Assembly (NCBI GenBank): GCA_965223855.1
Contig: CBDCXM010000009.1
Coordinates: forward strand, 800,001-864,000
Reading direction: 5' to 3'
Source: Candidatus Multivoradales bacterium
GTDB taxonomy: Bacteria > Acidobacteriota > Thermoanaerobaculia > Multivoradales > JAHEKO01
DNA: 64,000 nucleotides
A program made the position numbers and the translations under genes. Below the pieces are notes generated by a model that saw only the letters and a program-made list of their open reading frames with translations, searched no databases and was not told the origin of the DNA. Position 1 is the first letter of the stretch, and every line of letters starts with the position of its first letter. Of the stretch, positions 7,953 to 18,363 are shown one piece after another.

Positions 7953-9392
7953 TCAGTCGACGACGTTGCTCCAGTAGCGCAGATCGCCGGACTCGAAGTC
8001 GTCCATCAGGATCGGCACCACCACGCCGCCGTAGCGGACCTCGGACCCGGTGCCGAACTGCAACTCGGCCACCGGCTGCAGTCGGGTGAAGGCGTGGAAG
8101 ATGCGCGTTCCGCCACGCGTCCTCACGAGGTCGTTGAAGGCTCCCGCCCAGTCGGTGCGCCGGTTCTCGGTGACCCGGTCGACCAGCATCGGCTCGCCGC
8201 CCTGCGCCGAGGTCGAAGCGAGCGTCGTCTGGATGACGAACGTGTCGGTCGTCCCCGTCGTCTCGCCGCTGCCGTGATAGAGGAAACTGGCGAACTGCCC
8301 GTTGGCCTCGCAGTCGAAAGCCTGGCGGTTGGCGCGCGCTCCCGGAAGCACGACCGACGAGATCCCCTGAAGCCCTCCTCCGGGGCCGAGGAAGACGGCG
8401 TAGAAGTTGGTGATCCCGAGGTCGGGGCGCGGCTCGAGAGTGCCGATCACGTAGCCGGTGTCGAGCGGGCAACTGCGGCTCTGGGTGTAGGTGAACTGCG
8501 ACGCGCTCGCCGGCAGGCCGTTGTTGAGCACGATCTCGGAGACCGTGAAGTTGATGTGCGACATGCGCTTGATGACGAAGCGGTTGGCCGTCGTCACGCA
8601 GGAGATGAAGCTCTCGTCGAGAGAGCCGGATCCCGAGCGCGAGAAGTGCCAGTTGGAGCTGACGCCGCGGCAGTCGGGGATTGTCGTCTCGAGGACGTGG
8701 CCGCCCTCGGTCCCGGCGTCGGAGTGGACGTCGAGCCCGTTGCCGGGAAAGTTCGACGTCACCATGATCCGACGGAAGCCGACCGTGCCTTCGAGGCCAC
8801 CGCTCTGGCGCTCGTCGTCGTCATCGTCGTCGTGATCGTCGTCGTCGTCGGATATGTCGCCATCGTGCCCGAGCGACCGGCGACTCTCGACGGCGACCAC
8901 CCCCGCCGCTGGAGCGCCGATCTCGATTTCGAAACTCTCCAGGGTGTTGAAGTCGCTCAGGTAGTGCAGGCTGGCGTCGTCGTCGAGCCCCTTGCCGTAG
9001 TTCGAGCAGCACAGTCCGTCGAGCGCCGGCTGGACGCCGGCGGAACTGAAGACGACATCGTCGTCGATCAGCACCCGCCGCGAGGACGGTCCGGTATCGA
9101 GCGCCGGTAGCAGCGCCGAGGAGTGGTAGTCGAATCGGTTGCCGCCCGAGTTGTAGCCGACGAGCGCTTCGAGGCGCACCATCGGGTTTCCGAGGCTGGC
9201 CGGCAGATTGACGCCCCGCAGCACCGGCGTGACGCTGAACGGGTTGGTCACGGGGAAGGACTCCCATTCGAGGAACCGGGCTTTGGCGGCTCCTGGTAGC
9301 GCCAACACGAAAGCCAGGGCGAAGACAGTACGAGCACGCAGAAGGTTCCCGGCGCGGCATGACCGCAGCAGGGCGAAACGGGGATGGAGCAT
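7953..9392 (-). CDS. Secreted hypothetical protein with C-terminal I(L/F)xD(G/D)FESG..W tail
   Basis: Signal peptide (FALAFVLALPGAAKA), Asp-rich tract, ends ILMDDFESGDLRYWSNVVD; start chosen at ATG 9392. Confidence 0.65.
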   Translation of the reverse strand: MLHPRFALLRSCRAGNLLRARTVFALAFVLALPGAAKARFLEWESFPVTNPFSVTPVLRGVNLPASLGNPMVRLEALVGYNSGGNRFDYHSSALLPALDTGPSSRRVLIDDDVVFSSAGVQPALDGLCCSNYGKGLDDDASLHYLSDFNTLESFEIEIGAPAAGVVAVESRRSLGHDGDISDDDDDHDDDDDDERQSGGLEGTVGFRRIMVTSNFPGNGLDVHSDAGTEGGHVLETTIPDCRGVSSNWHFSRSGSGSLDESFISCVTTANRFVIKRMSHINFTVSEIVLNNGLPASASQFTYTQSRSCPLDTGYVIGTLEPRPDLGITNFYAVFLGPGGGLQGISSVVLPGARANRQAFDCEANGQFASFLYHGSGETTGTTDTFVIQTTLASTSAQGGEPMLVDRVTENRRTDWAGAFNDLVRTRGGTRIFHAFTRLQPVAELQFGTGSEVRYGGVVVPILMDDFESGDLRYWSNVVD

Positions 9393-9597
9393 CACGAGCC
9401 TCCTGATCGATCGTGGGCCGGGGTCATACTCCGGCCTACGCAGCGCCCCCGTTCCTGGATGAACACGCGTCTCGGAGCGCAAGCTCGCTACCGCCGGCCA
9501 TCAGTGCTAGGGTCCGCGCCGCTCCGGCCGAGCCGCAGCACCCGCCCGTCTTCTCCCCAGCTGCCTCAACCCGTCCCGTCACAGTTCCGGAGACACC

Positions 9598-11403
9598 ATG
9601 ACTCGTTCCGTCCGCACCGACCTGCGCAACCTGGCGATCATCGCCCACGTCGATCACGGCAAGACCACGCTGGTCGACTCGATGCTGTGGCAAAGCGGCA
9701 TCTTCCGCGACAACGAGGAGGTCGCCGAGCGGGTGATGGACTCGATCGATCTGGAGCGCGAGAAGGGCATCACCATCATGGCCAAGAACACGGCCATCCA
9801 GTACGGCGAGACGCGGATCAACATCGTCGACACTCCGGGTCATGCCGACTTCGGCGGCGAGGTCGAACGCACCCTGAAGCTGGTCGACGGCGTGCTGCTG
9901 CTGGTCGATGCCAGCGAGGGGCCGCTTCCGCAGACCCGCTTCGTGCTGCGCAAGGCGCTCGAGGCGGGGCTCGCGCCGATCGTCGTGATCAACAAGATCG
10001 ACCGTGCCGATGCGAGGATCTCCGAGGTGGTCGACGAGGTCTACGATCTCTTCATCGACCTCGACGCGAGCGAGGAACAGATCGAGTTCCCGGTGCTCTA
10101 CGCGGTGGCGCGCGACGGCATCTGCCGCACCGAGGCCGACGGCCCCGACCAGACCCTCGAGCCGCTCTTCGAGCAGATCCTCGAAACCGTCCCGCCGCCG
10201 TCCTTCGAGGAGGGGCATCCACTCCAGATGCTCGTCACCACCCTCGGTCACGACGACTACGTCGGCCGGCTCGGCATCGGACGGGTCTTCGAGGGCGAGG
10301 TCGAGCGCGGGACCACCGTCGCCCGTTGCCGGCTCGACGGTTCGATCGAGACGGTCAAGGTGGCGCATCTCTACGGCTACGACGGCCTCGAGAGGGTGAA
10401 GATCGACCGTGCGGGCCCCGGCGACATCGTCGCGGTCGCCGGCTTCGACGAGGTGGCGATCGGCGAGACGATCGCCGACGCCGACGACTCCCGTGCGCTC
10501 CCGCCGATCACAGTCGACGAGCCGACGCTGGCGATGGTGTTCTCGGTCAACGACTCACCGCTGGCCGGCACCGAGGGCAAGCACGTCACCTCCAACAAGA
10601 TCCGCGAGCGGCTCGAGCGCGAGACCTGGACCAACGTCTCGATCCGGGTCGAGGATGCCGAGGGCGGCCGCGGCTTCAAGGTCTCGGGGCGCGGCGAGCT
10701 GCAGCTCGCCATTCTGATCGAGATGATGCGGCGCGAGGGCTACGAACTTTCGGTCGGCAAACCACAGGTTCTGACCCGCAGAGACGAAGAGGGCCAGCTC
10801 GAGGAGCCGATGGAGATCCTCACCATCGACTGCCCGGAGGAGTTCGTCGGCGCGGTGACGCAGAACCTGGGCCCGCGCCGCGGCCGGATGATGAAGATGA
10901 CCAACCACGGCAGCGGCCGGGTGCGGATGGAGTTCCGGGTGCCGTCGCGCGGCCTCATCGGCTTCCGCACCGAGTTCCTGACCGAGACCAAGGGGACCGG
11001 GATCCTCAACCATCTCTTCGACGGCTTCGGGCCGTGGCAGGGCGACATCCCGCAACGCACGACCGGCGCGCTGATCGCCGACCGCTCCGGTCGCGCGACG
11101 CCGTTCGCCATCGAGCACCTGCAGCCGCGCGGCATCTTCTTCATCCCGCCCGGCGAGACCGTCTACGAGGGGATGGTGGTCGGCGAGCATTCTCGACCGA
11201 GCGATCTCGACGTCAACATCACCAAGGAGAAGAAGCTCACCAACATGCGGGCGGCGTCGGCCGACGAGCTGGTGCGCCTCGTCCCGCCGACGCTGCTGTC
11301 GCTCGAGCAGGCGATCGAGTTCATCGCCGAGGACGAGCTCATCGAGGTGACGCCGAAGGCGTTCCGCCTGCGCAAGAAGACCCTCGCCGCCAACTACCGC
11401 TGA
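9598..11403 (+). CDS. typA: Translational GTPase TypA/BipA
   Basis: [49 protein letters not shown]-terminal KKLTNMRA and ELIEVTP. Confidence 0.97.
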   Translation: MTRSVRTDLRNLAIIAHVDHGKTTLVDSMLWQSGIFRDNEEVAERVMDSIDLEREKGITIMAKNTAIQYGETRINIVDTPGHADFGGEVERTLKLVDGVLLLVDASEGPLPQTRFVLRKALEAGLAPIVVINKIDRADARISEVVDEVYDLFIDLDASEEQIEFPVLYAVARDGICRTEADGPDQTLEPLFEQILETVPPPSFEEGHPLQMLVTTLGHDDYVGRLGIGRVFEGEVERGTTVARCRLDGSIETVKVAHLYGYDGLERVKIDRAGPGDIVAVAGFDEVAIGETIADADDSRALPPITVDEPTLAMVFSVNDSPLAGTEGKHVTSNKIRERLERETWTNVSIRVEDAEGGRGFKVSGRGELQLAILIEMMRREGYELSVGKPQVLTRRDEEGQLEEPMEILTIDCPEEFVGAVTQNLGPRRGRMMKMTNHGSGRVRMEFRVPSRGLIGFRTEFLTETKGTGILNHLFDGFGPWQGDIPQRTTGALIADRSGRATPFAIEHLQPRGIFFIPPGETVYEGMVVGEHSRPSDLDVNITKEKKLTNMRAASADELVRLVPPTLLSLEQAIEFIAEDELIEVTPKAFRLRKKTLAANYR

Positions 11404-11517
11404 GGGCGGCCGCGCAACGAGCGTGGAACGCGTCGCGGAGCCTCTCCGGCGCTTCCACATGAGCCCTCCGGCGGGCTCTGACGACCCCGGAGGCGGTGGT
11501 AGATTTCCGGCGGTCCG

Positions 11518-14500
11518 ATGGACATGCCGGCAACTCTGGGTCCCTACAAAGTGCTCTCGCGCCTCGGCGCGGGCAGCATGGGCGAGGTGTACCGCGGGCT
11601 CGACCCGACGCTCGAGCGCGAGGTCGCCCTCAAGGTGCTCCCCGACTCGCTGGTGAAGGACGAATCGGCGCTCAAGCGCTTCCGCCGTGAGGCGTTGCTG
11701 CTGGCGTCGGTCAACAACCCGAACATCGCGACCGTCTTCGGCTTCGAGGAGGTCGACGGCAATCAGGTGCTGGTGCTCGAGCTGGTGGAGGGGGAGACCC
11801 TCGACGACCGCCTCGCCCGCGGCCCTCTCGACGTCGAGTCGGCGTTGAAGGTCAACCGGCAGATCGCGAGCGCCCTCGAAGCCGCCCACCGGCAGGGCAT
11901 CATCCATCGCGATCTCAAGCCGGCCAACGTCATGATCTCGAAGGACGGGTGGGTCAAGGTGCTGGACTTCGGGGTCGCGAAGGCGCTGAGTTCACAGACC
12001 GCTGCGAGCTCCGCGACCCCGGCGGCGGGTCCCGAGACACAGGCGATCGATCTCACGGATCCTGGGCTCGAGGTGCCGCAGACATCCGAACCGGCGGCGC
12101 CGGAAGCGGCAGACGAGGCGGAGCCGGAGACGAGAACGCTCGATCTCGACCACCTCGACTCGGCAGAGCCGACCGACTCGTTCGAAGAGCCGCTCCAGTC
12201 CCCTGGTCGAGTGGCGGGCCGCGCCGCTCCGGCGGGCGTGGACGACCCGAACCTCACCGCCGCCGGCACGGTGCTCGGCACCGTGTCCTACATGAGTCCG
12301 GAGCAGCTGCGGATCGCCGACATCGACGAGCGGGTCGACATCTGGGCGTTCGGCTGCGTCCTCTACGAGTCGCTGACCGGGAGGATGGCGTTCGAGGGCG
12401 GGACCGTCCTCGAAACGGTGACCGCCGTCAGCGACAGCGAGCCCGACTGGGCGGCGTTGCCGCCCGACCTGCCCGACCCGGTGCGGACGCTGCTGGGCCG
12501 CTGCCTGCACAAGGACCGCGAACGACGCCTGCATTCGATCGCCGACGCGCGGATCGAGCTCGAGGACGCCCTGCACCCGTTCCTCGCCCCCGACCGCACC
12601 GGGCCTCCGCGTACGGGACCGTCGCCGAGCGGCTCAACTACCGGCTCAACGACCGGCGAGCTGAGGTCGCGCCCGCCCGGCACCTCCCCGCGAGCGGCGC
12701 TCGAGTATCTCGACACCCTCGGTTCCTACACGGTGGTCGAGCGACTCGACGTCGGTGCCATGGGCGACGTCTACCGCGCACACGACAGCCAGATGGATCG
12801 CGACGTCGCCCTCAAGGTGCTGCGTCCCGGGCTGCTGGACGGGGAGGAGGCGCGCGCGCGCTTCCGCGGCGAGGCGGAGGCGCTCTCGCGGCTGAACCAC
12901 CCTCACGTGGCGGCACTGATCGAGTTCGGGGAAGGGGTCGAGTTCCAGGAGGGGAAGGTCGACTTCCTGGCGATGGAGTACGTCGATGGAGAGTCGCTCG
13001 CCATGCGCCTCACCCGCGGGCCGTTGTCGTCGGCCGACGTGGCTCGGCTCGGATCGCAGATCGCCGCCGGCCTCGCGGCGGCACACGACGCCGGGATCGT
13101 TCACCGCGACGTCAAGCCGGGGAACATCCTGCTCGCGGGCGACGGGGGGGCCAAGCTGCTCGATTTCGGCGTGGCGCTCGTCGCCGACCGGCCGGACGCG
13201 GAGCGCGAGGTCAAGTTGCACGGCCCGCTGCCGTACGCCGCGCCGGAACTGGTGCGAGGGGCGCGGGCGAATCCACAGACCGACGTCTACGCCCTCGGTG
13301 TGGTGCTCTATCAGGCGGCCACCGGTGCCCGTCCGTTCGGCGATGACACCGCCGAGCAGCTCGCGAACTCGATCCAGCACCACAATCCGCCGCCGCCGAC
13401 CGAGCTCAATCCGGAGCTCGACCCGCAGCTCGAGAAGGTCATCCTGCGCTGTCTCGAGAAAGACACCGACGCCCGCTTCCGCGACGCCCGTGAGCTCGAG
13501 ACCGCCCTCGAGGAGCTCGGCCCGGCGCTCGATCCGGGCGGCTCTACCGGGAGCTTCGGAGAGCTCCTCTCCCGCCCCGCGGTCTGGGGGTCCGCGCTTC
13601 TGATGATCGCGCTGGTCGCCTTCCTGCTGCTGACGCGACCGTTCGGCCCGGAAGAGGTCGCTCCGCAAGGCGACGACGGGGTCATCTCCTCGGTTGTCGT
13701 CCTGCCGGGAGAGCTGACGGCCGGGGAGGAGGATAGCTTCCTCGCCGACGCGATCGCCAACTCGATCTCCGCCGGTCTGCTGCAGACGCAGGGGCTCGAC
13801 ACCAAGATCCCGCCCTCGAGCCTCCTCGTCGAGGCGACACCGGGCGGCTTGCGACGGCTGGCGCAGGCCTACGCGGTCGAGGCGATGGTGGTGCCGAGCG
13901 CACGCGTCGTCGACGAGCGGCTCGAACTGACGGTTCAGCTCGTCGACGCCGCAGAGCTCGGGATCGTCTGGAGCGGCAACTTCGCGGGGGCGCGGACCGA
14001 CTATGCGCGGCTCTCGCGGGAAGCTGCGGAGAGCCTCAGGATGGCGCTGAGGCCGGGGGTCGAGATCGAGGCGCTTCCGGCCGCCACCCTCGACCCGGAG
14101 GCGGAGTCGCTCCTGCAGCGCGGCCGCTACTACTCGAGCCTCTTCACCAACCGCGGGCGGATCGGCGACTACGAACGGGCGCAGGCGGCCTTCGAGGAGA
14201 GCTTCGCACTCGATCCGGGTGACGGCGAGGCGGCAGCCGAGATCGCTCAGCTCCACTTTGCCCGTCTCGCAACCGGAGTCTCGATGCTCGAGGTTCTCCC
14301 CGAGATCGAGACGTGGGCCAACCGGGCGATGGAGCACGATCCCCGCTCGAGCAAGGCGTGGGGAGTGCTGAGCTCGATCGAGAGCGGCCGCACACCGGAG
14401 AGCTACCGGCGCAAGCTCGACTTCGCGTTGAAGTCTGCGACCTACGGGCCGCGCGACGGCTACTCGCATCGCCGTCTGAGCATCCCGCTGATGTCGAACT

Positions 14501-15213
14501 CGCACGAGCTGGCGCTCATCGCGTCGCAGAAGGCGTCGGCGCTCGATCCGCTGCTGGTCAACGGGCCGATCTTCGAGGCGCTCTTCCTGACCATCCTCCA
14601 TCGCACCGACGAGGCGCTGGCGCAGCTCGACGCGGCGTTCGAGGTCGAGCCCGACATTCCCTTCGGGCGCTACGTCCAGTCGCTGGTGCTGACGGTGCAC
14701 GGCGAAGAGCAGCGAGCCCTCGCGGTTGCCGAAGAGCTGGAGGGCGTCGTCGACGAGGGGCGGCTTCATCCCCAGTGGGTCGCTTTCGCGCGCGACATCG
14801 CTACCCTCGGTGTCGAGGCCGCGGCGGGCCGAGCTACCGGGGACAAGGCGCGCGAGGTGGTCGAGCGACTCGTCTCCCTGGGACGAGGAGAGGTGCCGTT
14901 CCCGCGCTGGGAGCAGACGACTCTCGGGATCACCATGCTCCTCGCCCGCCACGGCTACCGCAGAGAGGCGATCGAACTGCTCCACCACCGTCACCGGATC
15001 GAGATCAACGACACCTACGACTACCTGCTCTTCAACGAGGAGCTCGAGTCGCTGCGGGACGACGATCGGGTGCGCGAGGTGGTGTCCGCGGCCAAGGAGC
15101 GCTTCGACGGCATGATCGCCATTCTCGAGGAGGCGCGGTCGCGCGGCGACCTGCCCAAGTATCTCGAGCAGCCGCTGAGCGACCTGCTCGCGCGGCTGCG
15201 AGAGGCGGCCTGA
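11518..15213 (+). CDS. Hanks-type Ser/Thr protein kinase with two tandem kinase domains, TM helix and TolB-like/TPR C-terminal region
   Basis: Domain 1: GAGSMGEVY, VALK, HRDLKPAN, DFG, GTVSYMSPE. Domain 2: VGAMGDVY, VALK, HRDVKPGN, DFG, YAAPE. Then TM (ALLMIALVAFLLL), SSVVVLP strand and TPR-like helices. Confidence 0.9.
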   Translation: MDMPATLGPYKVLSRLGAGSMGEVYRGLDPTLEREVALKVLPDSLVKDESALKRFRREALLLASVNNPNIATVFGFEEVDGNQVLVLELVEGETLDDRLARGPLDVESALKVNRQIASALEAAHRQGIIHRDLKPANVMISKDGWVKVLDFGVAKALSSQTAASSATPAAGPETQAIDLTDPGLEVPQTSEPAAPEAADEAEPETRTLDLDHLDSAEPTDSFEEPLQSPGRVAGRAAPAGVDDPNLTAAGTVLGTVSYMSPEQLRIADIDERVDIWAFGCVLYESLTGRMAFEGGTVLETVTAVSDSEPDWAALPPDLPDPVRTLLGRCLHKDRERRLHSIADARIELEDALHPFLAPDRTGPPRTGPSPSGSTTGSTTGELRSRPPGTSPRAALEYLDTLGSYTVVERLDVGAMGDVYRAHDSQMDRDVALKVLRPGLLDGEEARARFRGEAEALSRLNHPHVAALIEFGEGVEFQEGKVDFLAMEYVDGESLAMRLTRGPLSSADVARLGSQIAAGLAAAHDAGIVHRDVKPGNILLAGDGGAKLLDFGVALVADRPDAEREVKLHGPLPYAAPELVRGARANPQTDVYALGVVLYQAATGARPFGDDTAEQLANSIQHHNPPPPTELNPELDPQLEKVILRCLEKDTDARFRDARELETALEELGPALDPGGSTGSFGELLSRPAVWGSALLMIALVAFLLLTRPFGPEEVAPQGDDGVISSVVVLPGELTAGEEDSFLADAIANSISAGLLQTQGLDTKIPPSSLLVEATPGGLRRLAQAYAVEAMVVPSARVVDERLELTVQLVDAAELGIVWSGNFAGARTDYARLSREAAESLRMALRPGVEIEALPAATLDPEAESLLQRGRYYSSLFTNRGRIGDYERAQAAFEESFALDPGDGEAAAEIAQLHFARLATGVSMLEVLPEIETWANRAMEHDPRSSKAWGVLSSIESGRTPESYRRKLDFALKSATYGPRDGYSHRRLSIPLMSNSHELALIASQKASALDPLLVNGPIFEALFLTILHRTDEALAQLDAAFEVEPDIPFGRYVQSLVLTVHGEEQRALAVAEELEGVVDEGRLHPQWVAFARDIATLGVEAAAGRATGDKAREVVERLVSLGRGEVPFPRWEQTTLGITMLLARHGYRREAIELLHHRHRIEINDTYDYLLFNEELESLRDDDRVREVVSAAKERFDGMIAILEEARSRGDLPKYLEQPLSDLLARLREAA

Positions 15214-15219
15214 TCCCAT

Positions 15220-16632
15220 TTGATGGCGGGGCCCGTCGTCCTGCGGCTGCCCCCGGGATCAGAGCTCGAAGAGCGCTACCCGCGCCAGTTTCTGCTCTCG
15301 GCAGGACGTGCCCGGGTCGTCCTCTCGGAGCCGTCGGAGGCGCTGCTCCAGGTGGTGCGAGGGCTGCTGGGTGAGGGTGTCGAGGAGTCGGGAACGCTGC
15401 GAAACCCGACCGCCGAGTTGGCCGATCTGCTGGCCGAGCTCGTCTCCGGGGGCGGTCTGTGCCGAGCGGTCATCGACGGGGGGCGGGACGTCGCCACGGC
15501 CGTACCGCGGGCGGCGCCCTGTGAGCCGACCTGCCGTGTCGCGAAGCCCGGCGCACGGTTGGTGCTCTCCCGCTTTGCGACGCTCCACCGCGGTGCCGCC
15601 GGCCTCACCGTGGTCTCGCCGCGTTCGCGGGCGAAGCTGCTGCTCCACGATCCGGCTGCTGCGGCGCTCTTCCAGGAGCTCGCCACGCCGACCGACCCGG
15701 GAACTCTCGAGAGCGACGAGCTCTCGCCCGAGGCGCTCGCCGCGGTCGTCGCTCTGGCATACGGTGCCGAGATCCTGACGACGGTCGACGAGGACGGCGT
15801 CCCGGCAGAGGATCGCGATCCCTCCCTGAGGCAGTGGGAGGCCCACGACCTGGTGTTCCACGCCCGCAGTCGGTCGGGTCGACATGGCAGCCGGCTCGGC
15901 GCGACCTACCGCCTCGACGGTGAGCTCGAAGCGCTGCCGGCGTTCCGTCACCATGCGACGGACCAGGTCGTGAAGCTTCATCGCCCGGACCTCGACCGGC
16001 TCGCCCGCGAGGACCCGCCCCTCACCCGGGTCGTCGAAGAGCGACGGTCGCGCCGCTCTCACGGCGAGCAGGCGCTGCGACTCGAGGAGCTCGGGGAGCT
16101 GCTCTACAGAGCTGTGGGGGCTCGTGGTTCGGTCTCGGGCGGCTCGGTTTCGGGCGGGCGCTACGAGACGAGTGAGCGGCCCTACCCCGGCGGCGGTGCC
16201 GCCTACGAGCTCGAGGTCTATCTGGCGGTCTCCCGTTGCCGAGGGCTCGAGCCCGGGCTCTTCCACTACGAGCCGGACGCCCACCGACTCGCCCGGCTGA
16301 GCGGTCGCACGCCCGAAGTCGATCGCCTGCTGCACTCGGCCCGGCGCACTGCCGGTGCCGAGACCGAGCCGCAGGTGCTGATGATCCTGGCGGCGCGGTT
16401 TCGACGGGTGTTCTGGAAGTACTCGTCGATCGGCTACGCCACGATCCTCAAGGACGCCGGAGTGCTGATCCACAACGTCTACCTGGCAGCGACGGCCATG
16501 GATCTGGCGGTGTGCGCCCTCGGCGGTGGCGACTCGGATCTCTTTGCCGCCGCCTCCGGCACGAACTACTACGACGAGACGTCGGTGGCGGAGCTGATCC
16601 TCGGCAGCCGCGCCGAGAGCAGGACAGACTGA
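15220..16632 (+). CDS. SagB/ThcOx-family FMN-dependent peptide (azoline) dehydrogenase
   Basis: WEAHDLVFHARSR.GRH, ERRSRR, RPYPGGGAAYELEVY, RRVFWKY...YATILKDAG (catalytic KY), ATAMDL..CALGGG. Confidence 0.9.
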   Translation: MMAGPVVLRLPPGSELEERYPRQFLLSAGRARVVLSEPSEALLQVVRGLLGEGVEESGTLRNPTAELADLLAELVSGGGLCRAVIDGGRDVATAVPRAAPCEPTCRVAKPGARLVLSRFATLHRGAAGLTVVSPRSRAKLLLHDPAAAALFQELATPTDPGTLESDELSPEALAAVVALAYGAEILTTVDEDGVPAEDRDPSLRQWEAHDLVFHARSRSGRHGSRLGATYRLDGELEALPAFRHHATDQVVKLHRPDLDRLAREDPPLTRVVEERRSRRSHGEQALRLEELGELLYRAVGARGSVSGGSVSGGRYETSERPYPGGGAAYELEVYLAVSRCRGLEPGLFHYEPDAHRLARLSGRTPEVDRLLHSARRTAGAETEPQVLMILAARFRRVFWKYSSIGYATILKDAGVLIHNVYLAATAMDLAVCALGGGDSDLFAAASGTNYYDETSVAELILGSRAESRTD

Positions 16633-16635
16633 GGG

Positions 16636-18339
16636 TCAGCCCTTCGCCCGGGCGCCGCGCAGCGCTGCGATCAGCTCCTCGCCGCGTGGCGAACCCTGGC
16701 CGGTGCAGGCGTCCCATCCGGCACCGGCATCGAAGGTGCCGTTGTTGCCGGCCGTGATGTCGGTGAAGACCGACGCGAAATCGGGATGGTAGAGCAAAGG
16801 GTTGATCCAGCCTGCACGCGCGCCGAGACTCTCGTTGGCGCACGCGAGCAGTCCCGCCCACATCGGCGCCGCGGCACTGGTGCCGCCCATGGCGATCCAG
16901 AGACCGGCGATCAGCATCGCGTAGCCGTCGCCGATGTCGGCCTTGCCGGCGACGTCGGGGATGCCGCGCCCGGGAGGTGTCGCCGCCGAGGGGTCGGCGA
17001 TCTGCCCCTCCTGCCATGCGGGCACGGGGAAGACGTCGCTGAAGCCGCCGCCGGTCGCCGTCGTGCGCGTCGCCGAGGACTCGTTCCATGCGTCCTCCGG
17101 TCGGTCCGAGGACGGCTCGAGCGTCGTGCCGCCGCAGGCGAGCACGTAAGGGCTGGTCGCGGGGAACTGCACCCGCGGCCTGCCGTCGGCGCCGGGGTTG
17201 GCACCCTTGTCGCCCGACGAGTAGCAGATCGACACGCCGCGCAGCGCCGCCCCCGCGAAGATGCCGTTCAAGGCGTCGATGAACGCCGGTGTCAGGTTCG
17301 CCTCCACCTGCCCCCAGCTGCAGGAGACGACGTCCGGCAGCCCGGCGGGATCGGACAGCGCCGCCGCCAATCCCTCGAGCTTGCCGCGCGCCGAGTTGGG
17401 TGCGAAGTAGACCCGGATCGACGCGGCGTTGGCGAACGCACCGACGAGCTGGACGTCGATCGTCGCCTCGATCGTCCACCAGATGCGGCGGACCGTCTCG
17501 GCGTCCGGTTTCGTATCCGTCTCCGGCGGACCGTCGATCGGCGGCGCCAATCCGATCGAGCGCAGGTAGTCGCGCAGCACCGGCTGCGCTACGGGGTCGT
17601 TCCTCTGCCCGTCGACCTCGGTGACGGCGATCGGCGGCAGGTCGAGGCCGAGCTCGGCGAAGTAGCGCTCGATGTCGGAGTCGTAGAAGCCGCCGCCGAG
17701 GAGGACGATCGCGACCTTGCGGCCCTTGCCCAGCGAATCGGCCGGAAAGCCGTAGTGCTTCGCCACCGCGACAGGCTCGATCAGGTCTCCCGGTCCCTGC
17801 TTGTCGACGGCCGTCGCCTGCGGATGGTCCCGGGCGTCGGCCGGACGCTCGAACAGCGGCAGGTTGTCGAGGCCGAGCACCTCCTCGACGAGGTCGCCGA
17901 GCTCCGCCGGCATCGTCGCGTCGCCGGTGTGCACCCGATGCATGGTGCCGCGGGTCTCGAGGCCGGTGAACTCGACGCCGAGCGCGCGCTCGAAGGCGCT
18001 CGCGGCTCCGGCCACGGTCACCAGGCGCAATGCCCGGTCGGTCCGCACGACCTCGAGCTCTGCCTGCTCGGCGAAGCGGGCGACCTGCTCGAGATCGCGC
18101 TCGGAGACACCGAAGCGCGCGGCGAAGTCGTCGGTCGAGAGGTCGCTGCGTTCGGTCGGTCTCTGGGAAGCGATCGTCTCGAGCGCCGAGTCGATCTCCC
18201 CGGGCGACGCCCGTGAGCGCAGGACCAGGGTGGCCTCGATGCGCTCTCCGCCGGAAGGGGCGGCCTCGGGGCGCAGGCGGGCGTCGGTCGCGCGAACCGG
18301 CGCCTTGCCGGCCACGGCCTTCCGGGCGCCGTCGGTCAT
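16636..18339 (-). CDS. S53 family (sedolisin/kumamolisin-like) serine-carboxyl peptidase with prodomain
   Basis: Prodomain (F..RFG...DL..V..FA...L.V), catalytic E-xxx-D (EATID), SSGDKG, FPATSPYVLACGGT, GRGIPDV, GGTSAAAP (Ser), WDACTGQGSP. Confidence 0.92.
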   Translation of the reverse strand: MTDGARKAVAGKAPVRATDARLRPEAAPSGGERIEATLVLRSRASPGEIDSALETIASQRPTERSDLSTDDFAARFGVSERDLEQVARFAEQAELEVVRTDRALRLVTVAGAASAFERALGVEFTGLETRGTMHRVHTGDATMPAELGDLVEEVLGLDNLPLFERPADARDHPQATAVDKQGPGDLIEPVAVAKHYGFPADSLGKGRKVAIVLLGGGFYDSDIERYFAELGLDLPPIAVTEVDGQRNDPVAQPVLRDYLRSIGLAPPIDGPPETDTKPDAETVRRIWWTIEATIDVQLVGAFANAASIRVYFAPNSARGKLEGLAAALSDPAGLPDVVSCSWGQVEANLTPAFIDALNGIFAGAALRGVSICYSSGDKGANPGADGRPRVQFPATSPYVLACGGTTLEPSSDRPEDAWNESSATRTTATGGGFSDVFPVPAWQEGQIADPSAATPPGRGIPDVAGKADIGDGYAMLIAGLWIAMGGTSAAAPMWAGLLACANESLGARAGWINPLLYHPDFASVFTDITAGNNGTFDAGAGWDACTGQGSPRGEELIAALRGARAKG

Positions 18340-18363
18340 CGCCGTCGTCGCGCTGCGACCGCG

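Noticed and set aside
12646-15219. Long antisense or alternative-frame ORFs (also 7287-9110, 9384-11462, 21249-23591, 30919-33342, 33711-35726, 35516-37891, 58811-60844)
   Set aside because: Arg/Ala/Pro/Gly-rich, no motifs, and fully overlapping well-supported genes.
16125-16158. GSVSGGSVSGG short duplication inside the SagB gene
   Set aside because: A small in-frame slippage duplication in a variable loop; no evidence of function.
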